Shown: positions 15,981 through 25,879, counted from the first letter of the stretch. The stretch: DNA of 32,000 nt from Moraxella nasovis (GCF_022701215.1 NZ_CP089976.1:1890001-1922000), one strand, 5' to 3'. Program-made: numbers and translations. Notes: generated from the sequence alone by a model not told the origin.

Positions 15981-16433
15981 TTAGACAATTGGCTTTTTGC
16001 GATAAAATAAAATACCGGGGATGGATAAACCAAGCACTAAAGCACTGATAACGAAAATTGCACTAAAAAAGTGACTCATCATCACAACAAACAGTTCCAT
16101 GCTAAAGCCGAAGTAACCAATCTGCACCATACTAACCATAGCTTTATAGGCGGCAATGCCCGGCATTAAACAGATAATGCTAGGCACAATTAGTGCCTTT
16201 GGTGGTAGTTTGAATTTTTGGGCGAGATGTACGCCAAGAAAGCTTGCAAACATCGCACCAAAAAACGTCGCCACTGCTAAATGCACACCAAAAGACATCA
16301 TCAATGATTTGGCACCAAACCCTAATGCTGTCATAACTAGGCAGTGGGGGATATACCGACTTGGTAAGGTGAACATTAAGCACCAACCTAGGGTGATGAT
16401 GCATGAGAGTAAAATATCAGAAAGTAGCCACAT
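15981..16433 (-). CDS. Threonine/serine exporter family protein, small subunit (ThrE_2, YjjB-like)
   Basis: 150-aa polytopic hydrophobic ORF, 9 nt downstream of the YjjP-like gene. This is the typical paired arrangement. Confidence 0.7.
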   Translation of the reverse strand: MWLLSDILLSCIITLGWCLMFTLPSRYIPHCLVMTALGFGAKSLMMSFGVHLAVATFFGAMFASFLGVHLAQKFKLPPKALIVPSIICLMPGIAAYKAMVSMVQIGYFGFSMELFVVMMSHFFSAIFVISALVLGLSIPGILFYRKKPIV

Positions 16434-16442
16434 GGTTATCCA

Positions 16443-17264
16443 CTATGTTAGACCCCAGTGGGGAATGCGTAATAAAATTAAGGCAAAAACAATGCCGACA
16501 CATGCTGATAACGTGAGCATGGTAGCAAACATCCAACGACCGACGCCCATATTGATATAGCCTTTTAAAATATCAGACAGGGCGTTAATAATAGGAAAGC
16601 CTGGCACAAGCAAAAGAACGCTTGCTGCTACGGCAATGTCAGCATTTTGACCTAATCTTAAAAAGTATGCCGATGCTCCAAGCAAGGTTGCGATAAAAGC
16701 GGTGATGATAACCACAACAAAAGGGTTAAAATGGTGAGTGGATAGATAAATACGAGTACGCATGGCACAAAACCCTGCCAGCAGTGTGATGGCTGCAACC
16801 ACAAGACTGCCACCGTTTAAGTATGCAAAGCTTGCACAAGACAGCCCTACAGCTAATGCAGTTAGGGTGGTTGGGTAGCTTGTCTTTTGGATGGCGTCAA
16901 ACTTCGCTTCAATCACACTCACTAGGTGATCACGGTCTATGGCAGACTCAGCAAACAGTACGATTTGTTGAATCTGAACTAGGATGCTAACGTTAATACC
17001 TTGATGGACGGTGTTTCTGGCGGTGGTGATACACCTGCCATCGTAAAGTGTGGTAAGTGTTACGGCATTAAATGATAAGGCACACTCAACCCCGCTTACA
17101 CCAAGAGCAATGCCAAGCCGTCTGGTAAGATCAACCACCACCGCCGATTCGCCACCATATTGCATAAATAGCAAAGCAGAGCGTACACATAATCTGGTGA
17201 TGCGTTGCTGCTGTTGTCGAGATAGGCGTGATGGTTTGGGTATATATATTTGTGGTGAAATCAT
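16443..17264 (-). CDS. Threonine/serine exporter family protein, large subunit (ThrE, YjjP-like)
   Basis: 273-aa ORF with a soluble N-terminal part and C-terminal TM helices (ALLFMQYGGESAVV, PGFPIINALSD). Confidence 0.7.
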   Translation of the reverse strand: MISPQIYIPKPSRLSRQQQQRITRLCVRSALLFMQYGGESAVVVDLTRRLGIALGVSGVECALSFNAVTLTTLYDGRCITTARNTVHQGINVSILVQIQQIVLFAESAIDRDHLVSVIEAKFDAIQKTSYPTTLTALAVGLSCASFAYLNGGSLVVAAITLLAGFCAMRTRIYLSTHHFNPFVVVIITAFIATLLGASAYFLRLGQNADIAVAASVLLLVPGFPIINALSDILKGYINMGVGRWMFATMLTLSACVGIVFALILLRIPHWGLT

Positions 17265-17466
17265 AGGATAGATTTTAGCGTAATTTTATGGTTTTTTCAT
17301 TAAAACTTGGCAATTTTTATTCTAAGCAAATTAGCGGTGACCTATAACCATAAATTTATCGCAAATAAAATTAAATTTATACGACTATCTGTCAAAAATT
17401 AGTTTTTATTGATGATGAACCGTGCTATAATTAATTTTAACATTCATAGCATATAAGGAAATTATC

Positions 17467-18399
17467 ATGAGCCTTGCAACGACAGATGGTAAATTATGGC
17501 TAGATGGCAAGTTGATCAACCAGCCTGATGCCAAAATCCATGTACTTACCCACAGTTTGCATTATGGATTATCGGTGTTTGAAGGTGTGCGTGCTTACGA
17601 AACGCCAGACGGACGTACGGCGATTTTCCGTCTAGAAGAACACACCGAGCGACTGTTAAATTCTGCAAAAATTTTCCAATTAAAAGTACCTTATGACCAC
17701 AAAACGCTTGCCCAAGCCCAAAAAGACGTGGTGCGTGAAAATGGCTTGGCGAGTGCTTATATTCGTCCGCTGATCTGGGTAGGCTCTGAAAAATTGGGCA
17801 TCGCTGCCAAAGATAATACCATTCATGCAGCGATTGCAGCATGGCATTGGGGTGCTTATCTTGGCGAAGATGGCATCAAAAATGGTATCCGTGCCAAGAC
17901 ATCAAGCTATACCCACCATCATCCAAACGTCACCATGTGTAAGGCAAAAGCCGCCGCTAACTACCCTGTGTCCATCCTATCTAACCAAGAGGCGACCCGT
18001 TCAGGTTACGATGAAGCCATATTGATGGACCCACAAGGCTATGTTTGCCAAGGTTCAGGCGAAAACTTGTTCTTGGTGAAAAATGGTGAACTGCATACGC
18101 CAGATTTAGCAGGCGGGGCGTTAGATGGTATTACACGTCGTACTATTATTGAGTTTGCCCATGACTTAGGCATTAAAGTTATCGAACGCCGTATTACTCG
18201 TGATGAGTTTTATTTGGCCGATGAAATCTTTATGACAGGAACAGCAGCAGAAGTTACACCAATCCGTGAATATGATGATCGCACCATTGGTAACGGTGGG
18301 CGTGGTGAAATCACCGAAAAATTACAAAGCTTATATTTTGATGTCGTGCAAGGTCGTAACGACAAATATAAGCATTGGCTATCTTTTGTAGACGAATAA
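17467..18399 (+). CDS. ilvE: Branched-chain amino acid aminotransferase
   Basis: 310-aa ORF with a TAAGGAA SD. Class IV aminotransferase motifs (HSLHYGLSVFEGVRAY, YIRPL, KAAANY, GSGENLF, GITR, TGTAAEVTPI). Confidence 0.9.
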   Translation: MSLATTDGKLWLDGKLINQPDAKIHVLTHSLHYGLSVFEGVRAYETPDGRTAIFRLEEHTERLLNSAKIFQLKVPYDHKTLAQAQKDVVRENGLASAYIRPLIWVGSEKLGIAAKDNTIHAAIAAWHWGAYLGEDGIKNGIRAKTSSYTHHHPNVTMCKAKAAANYPVSILSNQEATRSGYDEAILMDPQGYVCQGSGENLFLVKNGELHTPDLAGGALDGITRRTIIEFAHDLGIKVIERRITRDEFYLADEIFMTGTAAEVTPIREYDDRTIGNGGRGEITEKLQSLYFDVVQGRNDKYKHWLSFVDE

Positions 18400-18414
18400 T
18401 AACTAAGTGATAAC

Positions 18415-18441
18415 AAAATCCCCCAACATTTGGGGGATTTT
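18415..18441 (+). terminator. Rho-independent terminator after ilvE
   Basis: AAAATCCCCCA (18415-18425) pairs with TGGGGGATTTT (18431-18441). Confidence 0.75.
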
Positions 18442-18744
18442 GATTTTAAGCCATTTTGATTTTAGGCTATGATAATCTATAAATGAAAAATGACGTTTGG
18501 GATGTCACAGCCGTAATTTACCAAGCTAATAAGCTGCTAAAAGGACGTACTTTAAGTATCGTATATTTTAAACGCTGTATTTATCCTTGTTAAGTAAGGC
18601 GATACTTATGATTATAAAGTTTTTGAGATGTACTATCATTATTACTGATGAAGCGATTGATGACGGTAATGCCTAAAATTAAAGCGAAAAATAGTGCTAA
18701 AATATGCTAAGATAAGCAACATTTAAACTATCTTGGAAAATAAT

Positions 18745-19986
18745 ATGACAATTTTAGATCCAAATTGGCAATCTGATGCACTTGATCCTACGCTTGGGGT
18801 TTTTGAGCAGACTTTGGCAGTGCGTGGTGGATATCATCGCACAGATGAGGGTGAGCACGGCGAAGCGATTTTTACCACCAGTTCCTACGTCTACCAAAGT
18901 GCTAAAGATGCCGCTGATCATTTTAATGGCAATAAAAAGGGTAATGTTTATAGTAGGCACACCAATCCAACTGTACGAGCGTTTGAGAGACGTTTGGCAT
19001 TATTAGAAAATGGCGAACGATGTGTCGCTACCGCAAGTGGTATGGGGGCGATTTTAACTATGTGCTTAGCTTATCTAAAAGCAGGTGATCACATGCTTTG
19101 TGCTAAGCAGTTGTTTGGCTCATCGGTGGCTTTATTTGATACATATTTTAAGTCGTTAGGGGTAGAGATTGACTATGTAGACTGCTTTGATAATGCCGCT
19201 TGGGAGCGTGCGATTAAGCCAAATACTAAGGTTTTATATTGTGAAAGCCCATCAAACCCTTTGGCACAAATCGCTGATCTTAAGTTTTTAGCAACCCTTG
19301 CTCATCATCATGATGCACTGTTCATCGTGGATAATTGCTTTGCCACACCAGCCCTCCAAAAACCGCTAGATTTAGGGGCAGATGTGGTGATTCATTCGGC
19401 AAGTAAATACATTGATGGACAAGGGCGTGTGCTTGGTGGGGCTTTGGTTGGTCGTGATGATCTGATGGAGAAGGCTTTCACAGTTGTACGCACAGGTGGC
19501 ATTAGTCTATCGCCTTTTAATGCATGGGTGCTATTAAAGGGGCTTGAGACCTTATCTATCCGCATGAAAGCACACTGTGAGAATGCCAATAAAGTTGCTC
19601 AATTTCTACAAAGCCACCCTAAAGTGAGACAGGTGCATTTTTCGGGTTTGCCAGCACACCCATCGCATGATGTCGCTAAACGCCAACATACTGCCCTAAA
19701 AGACGTAAATGGCGGGGCGTTCGGTGCGATTATTGGCTTTGAGGTGGCAAGTCAAGAGGAGGCGTGGCACGTCATTGATAGCACCCGTGTGATTTCTATT
19801 ACCAATAACTTGGGCGATGCCAAAAGTACCATCACGCATCCTGCAACAACAACGCATTTTCGTATGACTGCTGAGGCACGAGCTGAGGCTGGTGTAAAAG
19901 ACGGCTTGATCCGACTATCGGTAGGGCTTGAGGATGTGAATGATATTATTGATGATCTAAAACGTGGGCTTGATAATTTAAATTGA
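18745..19986 (+). CDS. metZ: O-succinylhomoserine sulfhydrylase (Cys/Met metabolism PLP enzyme family)
   Basis: RTDEGEHGEAIFTTSSY, YSRHTNPT, VIHSASKYIDGQG (PLP lysine), THPATTTH. I prefer the ATG at 18745 to the TTG at 18733. Confidence 0.85.
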   Translation: MTILDPNWQSDALDPTLGVFEQTLAVRGGYHRTDEGEHGEAIFTTSSYVYQSAKDAADHFNGNKKGNVYSRHTNPTVRAFERRLALLENGERCVATASGMGAILTMCLAYLKAGDHMLCAKQLFGSSVALFDTYFKSLGVEIDYVDCFDNAAWERAIKPNTKVLYCESPSNPLAQIADLKFLATLAHHHDALFIVDNCFATPALQKPLDLGADVVIHSASKYIDGQGRVLGGALVGRDDLMEKAFTVVRTGGISLSPFNAWVLLKGLETLSIRMKAHCENANKVAQFLQSHPKVRQVHFSGLPAHPSHDVAKRQHTALKDVNGGAFGAIIGFEVASQEEAWHVIDSTRVISITNNLGDAKSTITHPATTTHFRMTAEARAEAGVKDGLIRLSVGLEDVNDIIDDLKRGLDNLN

Positions 19987-20150
19987 TAAAAAAATTGCCA
20001 ATCAGCAAGGTGGCTTTATACTTAAAATGACAGCCAATATGCCAACTTTACTGATATTGTCATCTTCAAGATGATCGGCGTTATTTAGTGTATGCTGTGA
20101 TTTTTAATCAAGCGTGCATCCACATAAAGCTGACAAGCGATAATACTGCT

Positions 20151-20825
20151 ATGAGTTTACTTTCTAATTTTTTTAAAACGACGCCTAAGAACGATTCTAT
20201 TGCTAATATCATCAAAAAAGAACAATCCGATACGCAAGCAGATTTATCACATGCTCAAGCAATCTACGATAAGGCAACCCAATGTTACGATCAGGGGGAT
20301 TATGATACAGCGGCAACGTTACTGCTGGAGGCAGCGACATCAGGCTTTGCAGATGCTTGGTGCAGTCTTGCAGTCATGCATTGCCAAGGTCAAGGTGTTC
20401 GCCAAGATTTTGAAAAGGGGCGAGAGCTTTTTATAAAGGCGGCAGATTCTGGTAGTGCTAAGGCTTGTCATAATCTTGGCGTTATGCACTATCACGGCTT
20501 TGGGATAAAGCCTGACTTAGAGCAAGCATTTAATTGGTATCAAAGGGCTGCCGAACTCAAGCACGCTGAAGCCATCTATAACCTTGGGGTAATGAGCGAA
20601 CGAGGCGAGGGTGTGTCACCAAATACATCAAAAGCTGTGGCATATTTTGAAGAAGCGGCAAGCCTTGGCTTTATGAAAGCATACTATTCGCTTGGTATGT
20701 GCTATCTTGATGGCAAGGGTGTCAAGGCTAGTAAAGAGCGGGCGATAGAATACTTTGAGATTGCGTGTAATCAGGGTGATGCTGAGGCGTGTGAAATGCT
20801 TGCAGATTTGAAGTTTTATGGATAG
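20151..20825 (+). CDS. Sel1 (SLR/TPR-like) repeat protein
   Basis: About five Sel1 units (A..LA.MH..GQGV..D..KG..LF.KAA..G...A..NLG.MY). I prefer the ATG at 20151 to the GTG at 20088. I see no obvious signal peptide. Confidence 0.7.
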   Translation: MSLLSNFFKTTPKNDSIANIIKKEQSDTQADLSHAQAIYDKATQCYDQGDYDTAATLLLEAATSGFADAWCSLAVMHCQGQGVRQDFEKGRELFIKAADSGSAKACHNLGVMHYHGFGIKPDLEQAFNWYQRAAELKHAEAIYNLGVMSERGEGVSPNTSKAVAYFEEAASLGFMKAYYSLGMCYLDGKGVKASKERAIEYFEIACNQGDAEACEMLADLKFYG

Positions 20826-20829
20826 ATAT

Positions 20830-20854
20830 AAAATGGGCTATGTTTGCCCATTTT
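20830..20854. terminator. Bidirectional hairpin terminator between the Sel1 gene and the FAH gene
   Basis: AAAATGGGC (20830-20838) pairs with GCCCATTTT (20846-20854). Confidence 0.6.
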
Positions 20855-20890
20855 ATCATGATAATTTAGTAAAAATTTTTTGTGGTTAAA

Positions 20891-21493
20891 TTAGTGACCA
20901 ACAGACTGTACCACCGATACTTGGTATCTATCATCATCTAATTTAATCTCAAGCTTGTCACCGTGTACCAGTTTGCCTACGCCTTTTGGGGTGCCTGTCA
21001 TGATGATGTCGCCTTTTTTTAATCCATAAATGCCATCTAAGTATTGTATAACCTCACGGAATGAATACATCATTTTATCTGTGGTGTCATGCTGTCTTAT
21101 TTCGCCATTGACACTTAAAAATAATTCGTACACGCCTTCTTTAAAAGGCTTAAAAGTGCCAAGCCAGCACGCATTTTTAAAACCCTTGGCTTTGGTCCAA
21201 GGTAGCCCCTTTTGCTTGGCGATGCTTTGCACGTCACGAGCAGTTAAGTCAAGCCCAACTGTTACGCCTGTGATGGTAGTATTATCGCCTATAAGCAGCA
21301 CCAATTCGGTCTCGTGGTGTACGTCATTAGAGTAGTCTGGCAGAGTAATGGTATCGCCTGTCACGATGCTAGCGTTTGGCTTTAAGAATACAAGTGGCTC
21401 ATCAGGTATGGCATTTCCTAGCTCGTGAATGTGCTCAACATAACTGCGACCAATGCAGTAGATGGTGTTAATCATAGGTAGGGTACTTGACAT
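20891..21493 (-). CDS. Fumarylacetoacetate hydrolase (FAH) family protein, YcgM-like
   Basis: 200-aa ORF with the FAH fold signature (FLKP..S, HHETELV, GLDLTARD, PW..AKGF, GDIIMTGTPKGVG). Confidence 0.75.
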   Translation of the reverse strand: MSSTLPMINTIYCIGRSYVEHIHELGNAIPDEPLVFLKPNASIVTGDTITLPDYSNDVHHETELVLLIGDNTTITGVTVGLDLTARDVQSIAKQKGLPWTKAKGFKNACWLGTFKPFKEGVYELFLSVNGEIRQHDTTDKMMYSFREVIQYLDGIYGLKKGDIIMTGTPKGVGKLVHGDKLEIKLDDDRYQVSVVQSVGH

Positions 21494-21542
21494 AGTTATC
21501 CTTTTATTGGGCAGTGTTTTGTGACATTTTAGCGTGTATCGG

Positions 21543-21608
21543 GTGATAAATCTATCAATTTAATCAATTTATGCTAGATGTGATAAATCCATCAATTTAT
21601 GCTAAAAT
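21543..21608 (+). promoter_or_regulatory. Direct repeats in the nrdB promoter region
   Basis: GTGATAAATCTATCAATTTA (21543-21562) and GTGATAAATCCATCAATTTATGCTA (21580-21604) lie 37 bp apart, with an extra ATCAATTTATGCTA copy at 21563-21576. The second copy runs into a TAAAAT -10-like hexamer. Confidence 0.4.
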
Positions 21609-21653
21609 AGCGATCAAATTTCACTAAATCATCTTAAAAAATCGAGAAAAAAC

Positions 21654-22784
21654 ATGAGCTATTCAATCTTTTGCCAAACAAAAAATGACGCCCTAAAAGA
21701 ACCGATGTTTTTTGGTCAGCCTGTGAACGTCTCACGCTACGATCAGCAAAAGCATCCTATTTTTGAGCAACTGATTGAAAAACAGCTGTCGTTCTTTTGG
21801 CGTCCAGAAGAGATTGATGTTAGTCGTGATCGCATTGACTTTGCGGATCTTTCTGATCATGAGCAGCACATTTTCTTATCCAATCTCAAATATCAGACCT
21901 TGCTTGATAGTATTCAAGGGCGTAGTCCGAACGTGGTATTACTACCGATCGTATCCATTCCAGAGCTTGAAACGTGGATTGAAACTTGGAGCTTTAGCGA
22001 GACCATCCATTCACGCAGTTACACCCATATTATTCGTAATGTTGTTAGCGATCCAAGTAAGATTTTTGATGATATCATTGAAAATGAATACATTTTAGAG
22101 CGTGCCTATGACATTGCTAAATATTATGATGAGCTGCATATTTGTGCTCAATTATACGACCTGCATGGAGCTGGGGAGTATGATGTCTGTGGAAAAAAAA
22201 TGCCCGTCAATCTTAAAGAGCTAAAGAAAAAGCTGTATCTGTGCTTAATGGCGGTTAATGTGCTTGAGGCGATTCGTTTTTATGTATCGTTTGCTTGTTC
22301 ATTTGCTTTTGCTGAACGAAAAGTCATGGAAGGTAATGCCAAAATCATTAAGATGATCGCACGTGATGAGGCATTGCATTTAAATGGCACGCAGCACATG
22401 ATTAACCTGATGAGAACAGGGCGTGATGATCCACAGATGGTGCAGATTGCCGCCGAATGCCAAGATGAGGCGATTGAGATTTTTAGAAGTGCTGCTGAGC
22501 AAGAAAAAACCTGGGCGGCATACTTATTTAAAGATGGCTCAATGATTGGGCTAAACCGTGATATTTTATGCCAATATGTGGAATTTATCACCAATACTCG
22601 CATGGCAGCGGTGGGATTGCCTACCATCTTCGCCACAAAATCTAACCCGATACCATGGATTAATACTTGGCTATCATCGGATAATGTGCAAGTTGCTCCA
22701 CAGGAAACAGAAATTACCACTTATCTGGTTGGTCAAATCAACTCAGACTTAGATGATTCTGACTTAGATGGCTTTGAGCTATAG
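21654..22784 (+). CDS. nrdB: Class Ia ribonucleoside-diphosphate reductase subunit beta
   Basis: 376-aa ORF resembling E. coli R2 along its length ([38 protein letters not shown]-terminal acidic tail). Confidence 0.9.
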   Translation: MSYSIFCQTKNDALKEPMFFGQPVNVSRYDQQKHPIFEQLIEKQLSFFWRPEEIDVSRDRIDFADLSDHEQHIFLSNLKYQTLLDSIQGRSPNVVLLPIVSIPELETWIETWSFSETIHSRSYTHIIRNVVSDPSKIFDDIIENEYILERAYDIAKYYDELHICAQLYDLHGAGEYDVCGKKMPVNLKELKKKLYLCLMAVNVLEAIRFYVSFACSFAFAERKVMEGNAKIIKMIARDEALHLNGTQHMINLMRTGRDDPQMVQIAAECQDEAIEIFRSAAEQEKTWAAYLFKDGSMIGLNRDILCQYVEFITNTRMAAVGLPTIFATKSNPIPWINTWLSSDNVQVAPQETEITTYLVGQINSDLDDSDLDGFEL

Positions 22785-22794
22785 TCAGTGATTG

Positions 22795-23070
22795 ATGATG
22801 GGCTGGGTTTTTACAGATGAAATGCGGTTTTATTTGCACGATGGCGAGTCATTGCTAGATGGTATGATTCGCACCGAGCATAAGCAGGTGAATTTTGAGT
22901 GTCGCCAAGGCTACTGCGGATCGTGCCGTATGCGAGTGCTGTCATGTACGGACGCCTTGACATTCACACAGACGCCTATTGCAATCTTAGCAGATGATGA
23001 GATATTGGCGTGCTGCTGTAGAACGGCAGGCACGATTAAAGTAACCTACCGCAATTTTGATAACAAATGA
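22795..23070 (+). CDS. yfaE: 2Fe-2S ferredoxin-like protein YfaE (R2 diferric-tyrosyl cofactor maintenance)
   Basis: Small ORF directly after nrdB with CRQGYCGSCR and a distal CC. The start is ambiguous (TTG 22792, ATG 22795 or ATG 22798). Confidence 0.75.
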   Translation: MMGWVFTDEMRFYLHDGESLLDGMIRTEHKQVNFECRQGYCGSCRMRVLSCTDALTFTQTPIAILADDEILACCCRTAGTIKVTYRNFDNK

Positions 23071-23150
23071 TTAAAGCGTATTGAAATTTTATGGCGTTTT
23101 AACATACAATCCTAAGACAATCATCATTTTGTCATCATACTGCCACGAAG

Positions 23151-24527
23151 CTAAGACAAAATATGCTCTTTATCTTTATTTTGTAAATACGGTAAAACCA
23201 GCTCAGTAGCATCAGTGCGAGCGTCTAAAGCAACAAGTAAAGCGTATGCTCCGATAAACTTACGGCTAATAAACATCATCTCTTTGGGTGGTAGACTAAA
23301 TTCCAGCGACTGCATACCGTTTTTTGCAGTTTTCATGACACGACTATATAAGTTACTGTTTGCCCAGATGTACTGTCCATTTTCATCAAGATATGCATCG
23401 TCCACTGCCGATGGCTTGGCAAATGGCTCGCACGCTGTTAAAAACACATCTGCCATGTCTGATTGCGGCTTACCTGTTAGTTCATCAAAGAAATCGTAAC
23501 CTGTCATAGCCTTTACCATCATGGCTTTATCTTGATGAAAGCCTGCTGTGATGAGACGCTTTGCGATATTAAGCAGCTTATCATCAAAGTGTTTTACCGC
23601 CCCAAAATCTAGCAAAATTAAGCGATCTATGCTATTTTCTGTGCGTACTAAGTAATTACCAAAGTTTGGGTCAGTCTGCATTTCTCCCCATTCAAATATC
23701 TCACGCAAGACAATATCAATAGCAGCTTGACCTAAAGCGTTTTTACGCTCAGTAGGTAAAGTAGTAAGGGTAGGATGATTTAAAGGAATGCCAGACTCAT
23801 AACTCATACAGATAAGTTTATCTGTTGAATAATTATCATAAATGGTGGGTACGATATAGCGTGAATCGTCTGCCAGATATTTGGCAAATCGCTTGGTGGT
23901 ATTGGCTTCTGTGCGATAATCTACTTCGGTGTGTAGCAGCTGACCAATCTCATTAAACCAGTCATCTAGAGCTTGGGTTTGTGGCACAGCGTTAGTGATT
24001 TTGAGTAATTGCTTAAAAATTGATAAGTCAGAATCAATGGCATCTGCCACGCCAGGGTATTGCACTTTTAGGACAACTTCACGGCCTGTATGTAGATGGT
24101 AAGCCTTATGTACCTGTGCCAGACTTGCTGTACCGATGGGTGTGCGTTCAATCTCAAAGTCATGAATACGTTCGCCAAGCTGTGTCTTTAACACCTGATA
24201 AATGGTATGCCATGACAGTGGTGCAGTCTGAGCGTCTAATGTATGCAAAGCATTTACCACTTGGGGTGGCAGCATGCTATCGCCATATAAAGCCAGCATT
24301 TGCCCAACTTTCACCACTGATCCTTTGAGCTTGCCAAGTTCGCTGACCAAATAATCTGCCTGTTCTTGAAGCAGGGCGTGCTTTTGAGCTTGTTTAGCTT
24401 CTTTGGATAAAAACAGTCCCGTTACGCCGCTTTTTGCCCAATTTTTACCAATATTTAGTGAAGTTTTAGCGATGGTTAGTCGACGAGATAAGGCGGTGGT
24501 TTTGATGTCATTTAGTGGTTTTGTCAT
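23151..24527 (-). CDS. ABC1/AarF/UbiB-family atypical protein kinase
   Basis: 458-aa ORF with ABC1 motifs (KVGQMLA, IGTASLAQVHKA, VVLKVQYPG, DPNFGN, LLDFG). Confidence 0.8.
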   Translation of the reverse strand: MTKPLNDIKTTALSRRLTIAKTSLNIGKNWAKSGVTGLFLSKEAKQAQKHALLQEQADYLVSELGKLKGSVVKVGQMLALYGDSMLPPQVVNALHTLDAQTAPLSWHTIYQVLKTQLGERIHDFEIERTPIGTASLAQVHKAYHLHTGREVVLKVQYPGVADAIDSDLSIFKQLLKITNAVPQTQALDDWFNEIGQLLHTEVDYRTEANTTKRFAKYLADDSRYIVPTIYDNYSTDKLICMSYESGIPLNHPTLTTLPTERKNALGQAAIDIVLREIFEWGEMQTDPNFGNYLVRTENSIDRLILLDFGAVKHFDDKLLNIAKRLITAGFHQDKAMMVKAMTGYDFFDELTGKPQSDMADVFLTACEPFAKPSAVDDAYLDENGQYIWANSNLYSRVMKTAKNGMQSLEFSLPPKEMMFISRKFIGAYALLVALDARTDATELVLPYLQNKDKEHILS

Positions 24528-24598
24528 GGCGGTATTGGATTATTGGTTTTAGATGCCCAAAAAGGGCGGTGACACCCTTTTGGGAAAAACGTAGGTGA

Positions 24599-25879
24599 TT
24601 AACGTTCAATCGCACGCCAGCCAATATCACGGCGGTATTGCATGCCATTGAAATTGATGGTGTTTAGTGTTTCTAGGGCAGTGGTTTGGGCGTTTTTGAT
24701 GGTGTCTGCTAGTGCAGTAACGCATAATACTCTCCCGCCTGCAGTTACGATATTCTCACCATCTGCTTTCGTGCCTGCGTGAAATACTTTAATATCAGAG
24801 TTAGTGTCGTTGGTGTTTGGTAACCCTGTGATAACATCGCCACTGCTTGAGCTGTCTGGATAACCACGACTTGCCAGCACGATTCCTAAGGCAACTTTTT
24901 GACTCCAATTGGCAGACTCTGGCAAATTGCCATCAAGTCCTGCTTGCACCAAATCCACTAACGATGATTGTAGACGCATCATGATAGGCTGAGTTTCAGG
25001 GTCGCCAAATCGGCAGTTAAACTCAATGACATAAGGGTCGTTCTTATCATCAATCATCAAGCCTGCGTATAAAAAGCCTGTATAAGGCGTGCCATTATCC
25101 GCCATGGCATCAACAACGGGACGAATAATGCGTTCAATAACTTTAGTGTGTACATCAAAGGTAACAACAGGTGCTGGTGAGTATGCTCCCATGCCGCCTG
25201 TATTTGACCCTGTATCCCCTTCAAAAATACGCTTATGGTCTTGGCTTGTTGCCATAGGCAAGATATTTTTGCCAACAATCATGCAGATAAATGACGCCTC
25301 TTCGCCTTGTAAGAATTCTTCGATAACCACACGGCTACCTGCATCGCCAAATTTATTACCCTCTAGCATATCATCAATGGCATCAAACGCCTGTGCCTCA
25401 GTCATCGCCACCACAACACCTTTACCTGCTGCCAATCCATCTGCCTTAATAACAATCGGCGTGCCTTTTTCAGTAACAAAAGCCTTGGCGGCAGCAACAT
25501 CGGTAAAGACATCATAAAAGGCGGTAGGAATGCCATGCTCTTTCATAAATGCTTTAGCAAAAGCCTTTGAGCCTTCAAGCTGGGCACAGTACTGGGTTGG
25601 CCCCCAGATTTTAATACCAGCTTGACTTAGGTCATCAACTACACCTGCAACAAGCGGTGCTTCAGGTCCAACGATAACAAAGGCAACCTGATTTTCTTGG
25701 CAAAAGTCAATCAGTGCTTGATGGTTATTTACGTCAATATCGACGTTTTTAAGCTTGGCTTCTTGTGCTGTGCCTGCATTTCCTTTGGCGACAAAGACAG
25801 TATCTACCTTGTCATCTTTGGCACATGCCCACGCCAAAGCATGCTCACGACCACCTGTACCTAATATTAAAATATTCAT
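24599..25879 (-). CDS. purD: Phosphoribosylamine-glycine ligase
   Basis: MNILILGTGGREHALAW, ATP-grasp motifs, EFNCRFGDPE. Confidence 0.92.
   Translation of the reverse strand: MNILILGTGGREHALAWACAKDDKVDTVFVAKGNAGTAQEAKLKNVDIDVNNHQALIDFCQENQVAFVIVGPEAPLVAGVVDDLSQAGIKIWGPTQYCAQLEGSKAFAKAFMKEHGIPTAFYDVFTDVAAAKAFVTEKGTPIVIKADGLAAGKGVVVAMTEAQAFDAIDDMLEGNKFGDAGSRVVIEEFLQGEEASFICMIVGKNILPMATSQDHKRIFEGDTGSNTGGMGAYSPAPVVTFDVHTKVIERIIRPVVDAMADNGTPYTGFLYAGLMIDDKNDPYVIEFNCRFGDPETQPIMMRLQSSLVDLVQAGLDGNLPESANWSQKVALGIVLASRGYPDSSSSGDVITGLPNTNDTNSDIKVFHAGTKADGENIVTAGGRVLCVTALADTIKNAQTTALETLNTINFNGMQYRRDIGWRAIER

Noticed and set aside
16156-16560. 134-aa plus-strand ORF spanning the yjjB-like/yjjP-like junction
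   Set aside because: It lies antisense to two well-supported membrane-protein genes, has no SD, and its composition mirrors the complement of the hydrophobic codons.
18442-18744. SAM riboswitch upstream of metZ
   Set aside because: AAGCU-containing segments are present, but I could not build the SAM-I, SAM-II or SAM/SAH consensus helices by eye. I kept this only as a low-interest finding that needs an Rfam scan.
21494-21653. NrdR boxes, DnaA boxes or a Fur box upstream of nrdB
   Set aside because: There is no good match to the 16-bp NrdR palindrome or its usual spacing. TGTGATAA is one base short of a DnaA 9-mer. The Fur-box match is only about 10 of 19. I reported the repeats as unassigned.
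22280-22720. 146-aa minus-strand ORF inside nrdB, and the 142-aa plus-strand ORF at 25089..25517 inside purD
   Set aside because: Both are embedded antisense in highly conserved housekeeping genes, and I recognise no motifs in either. They are typical spurious long antisense frames.
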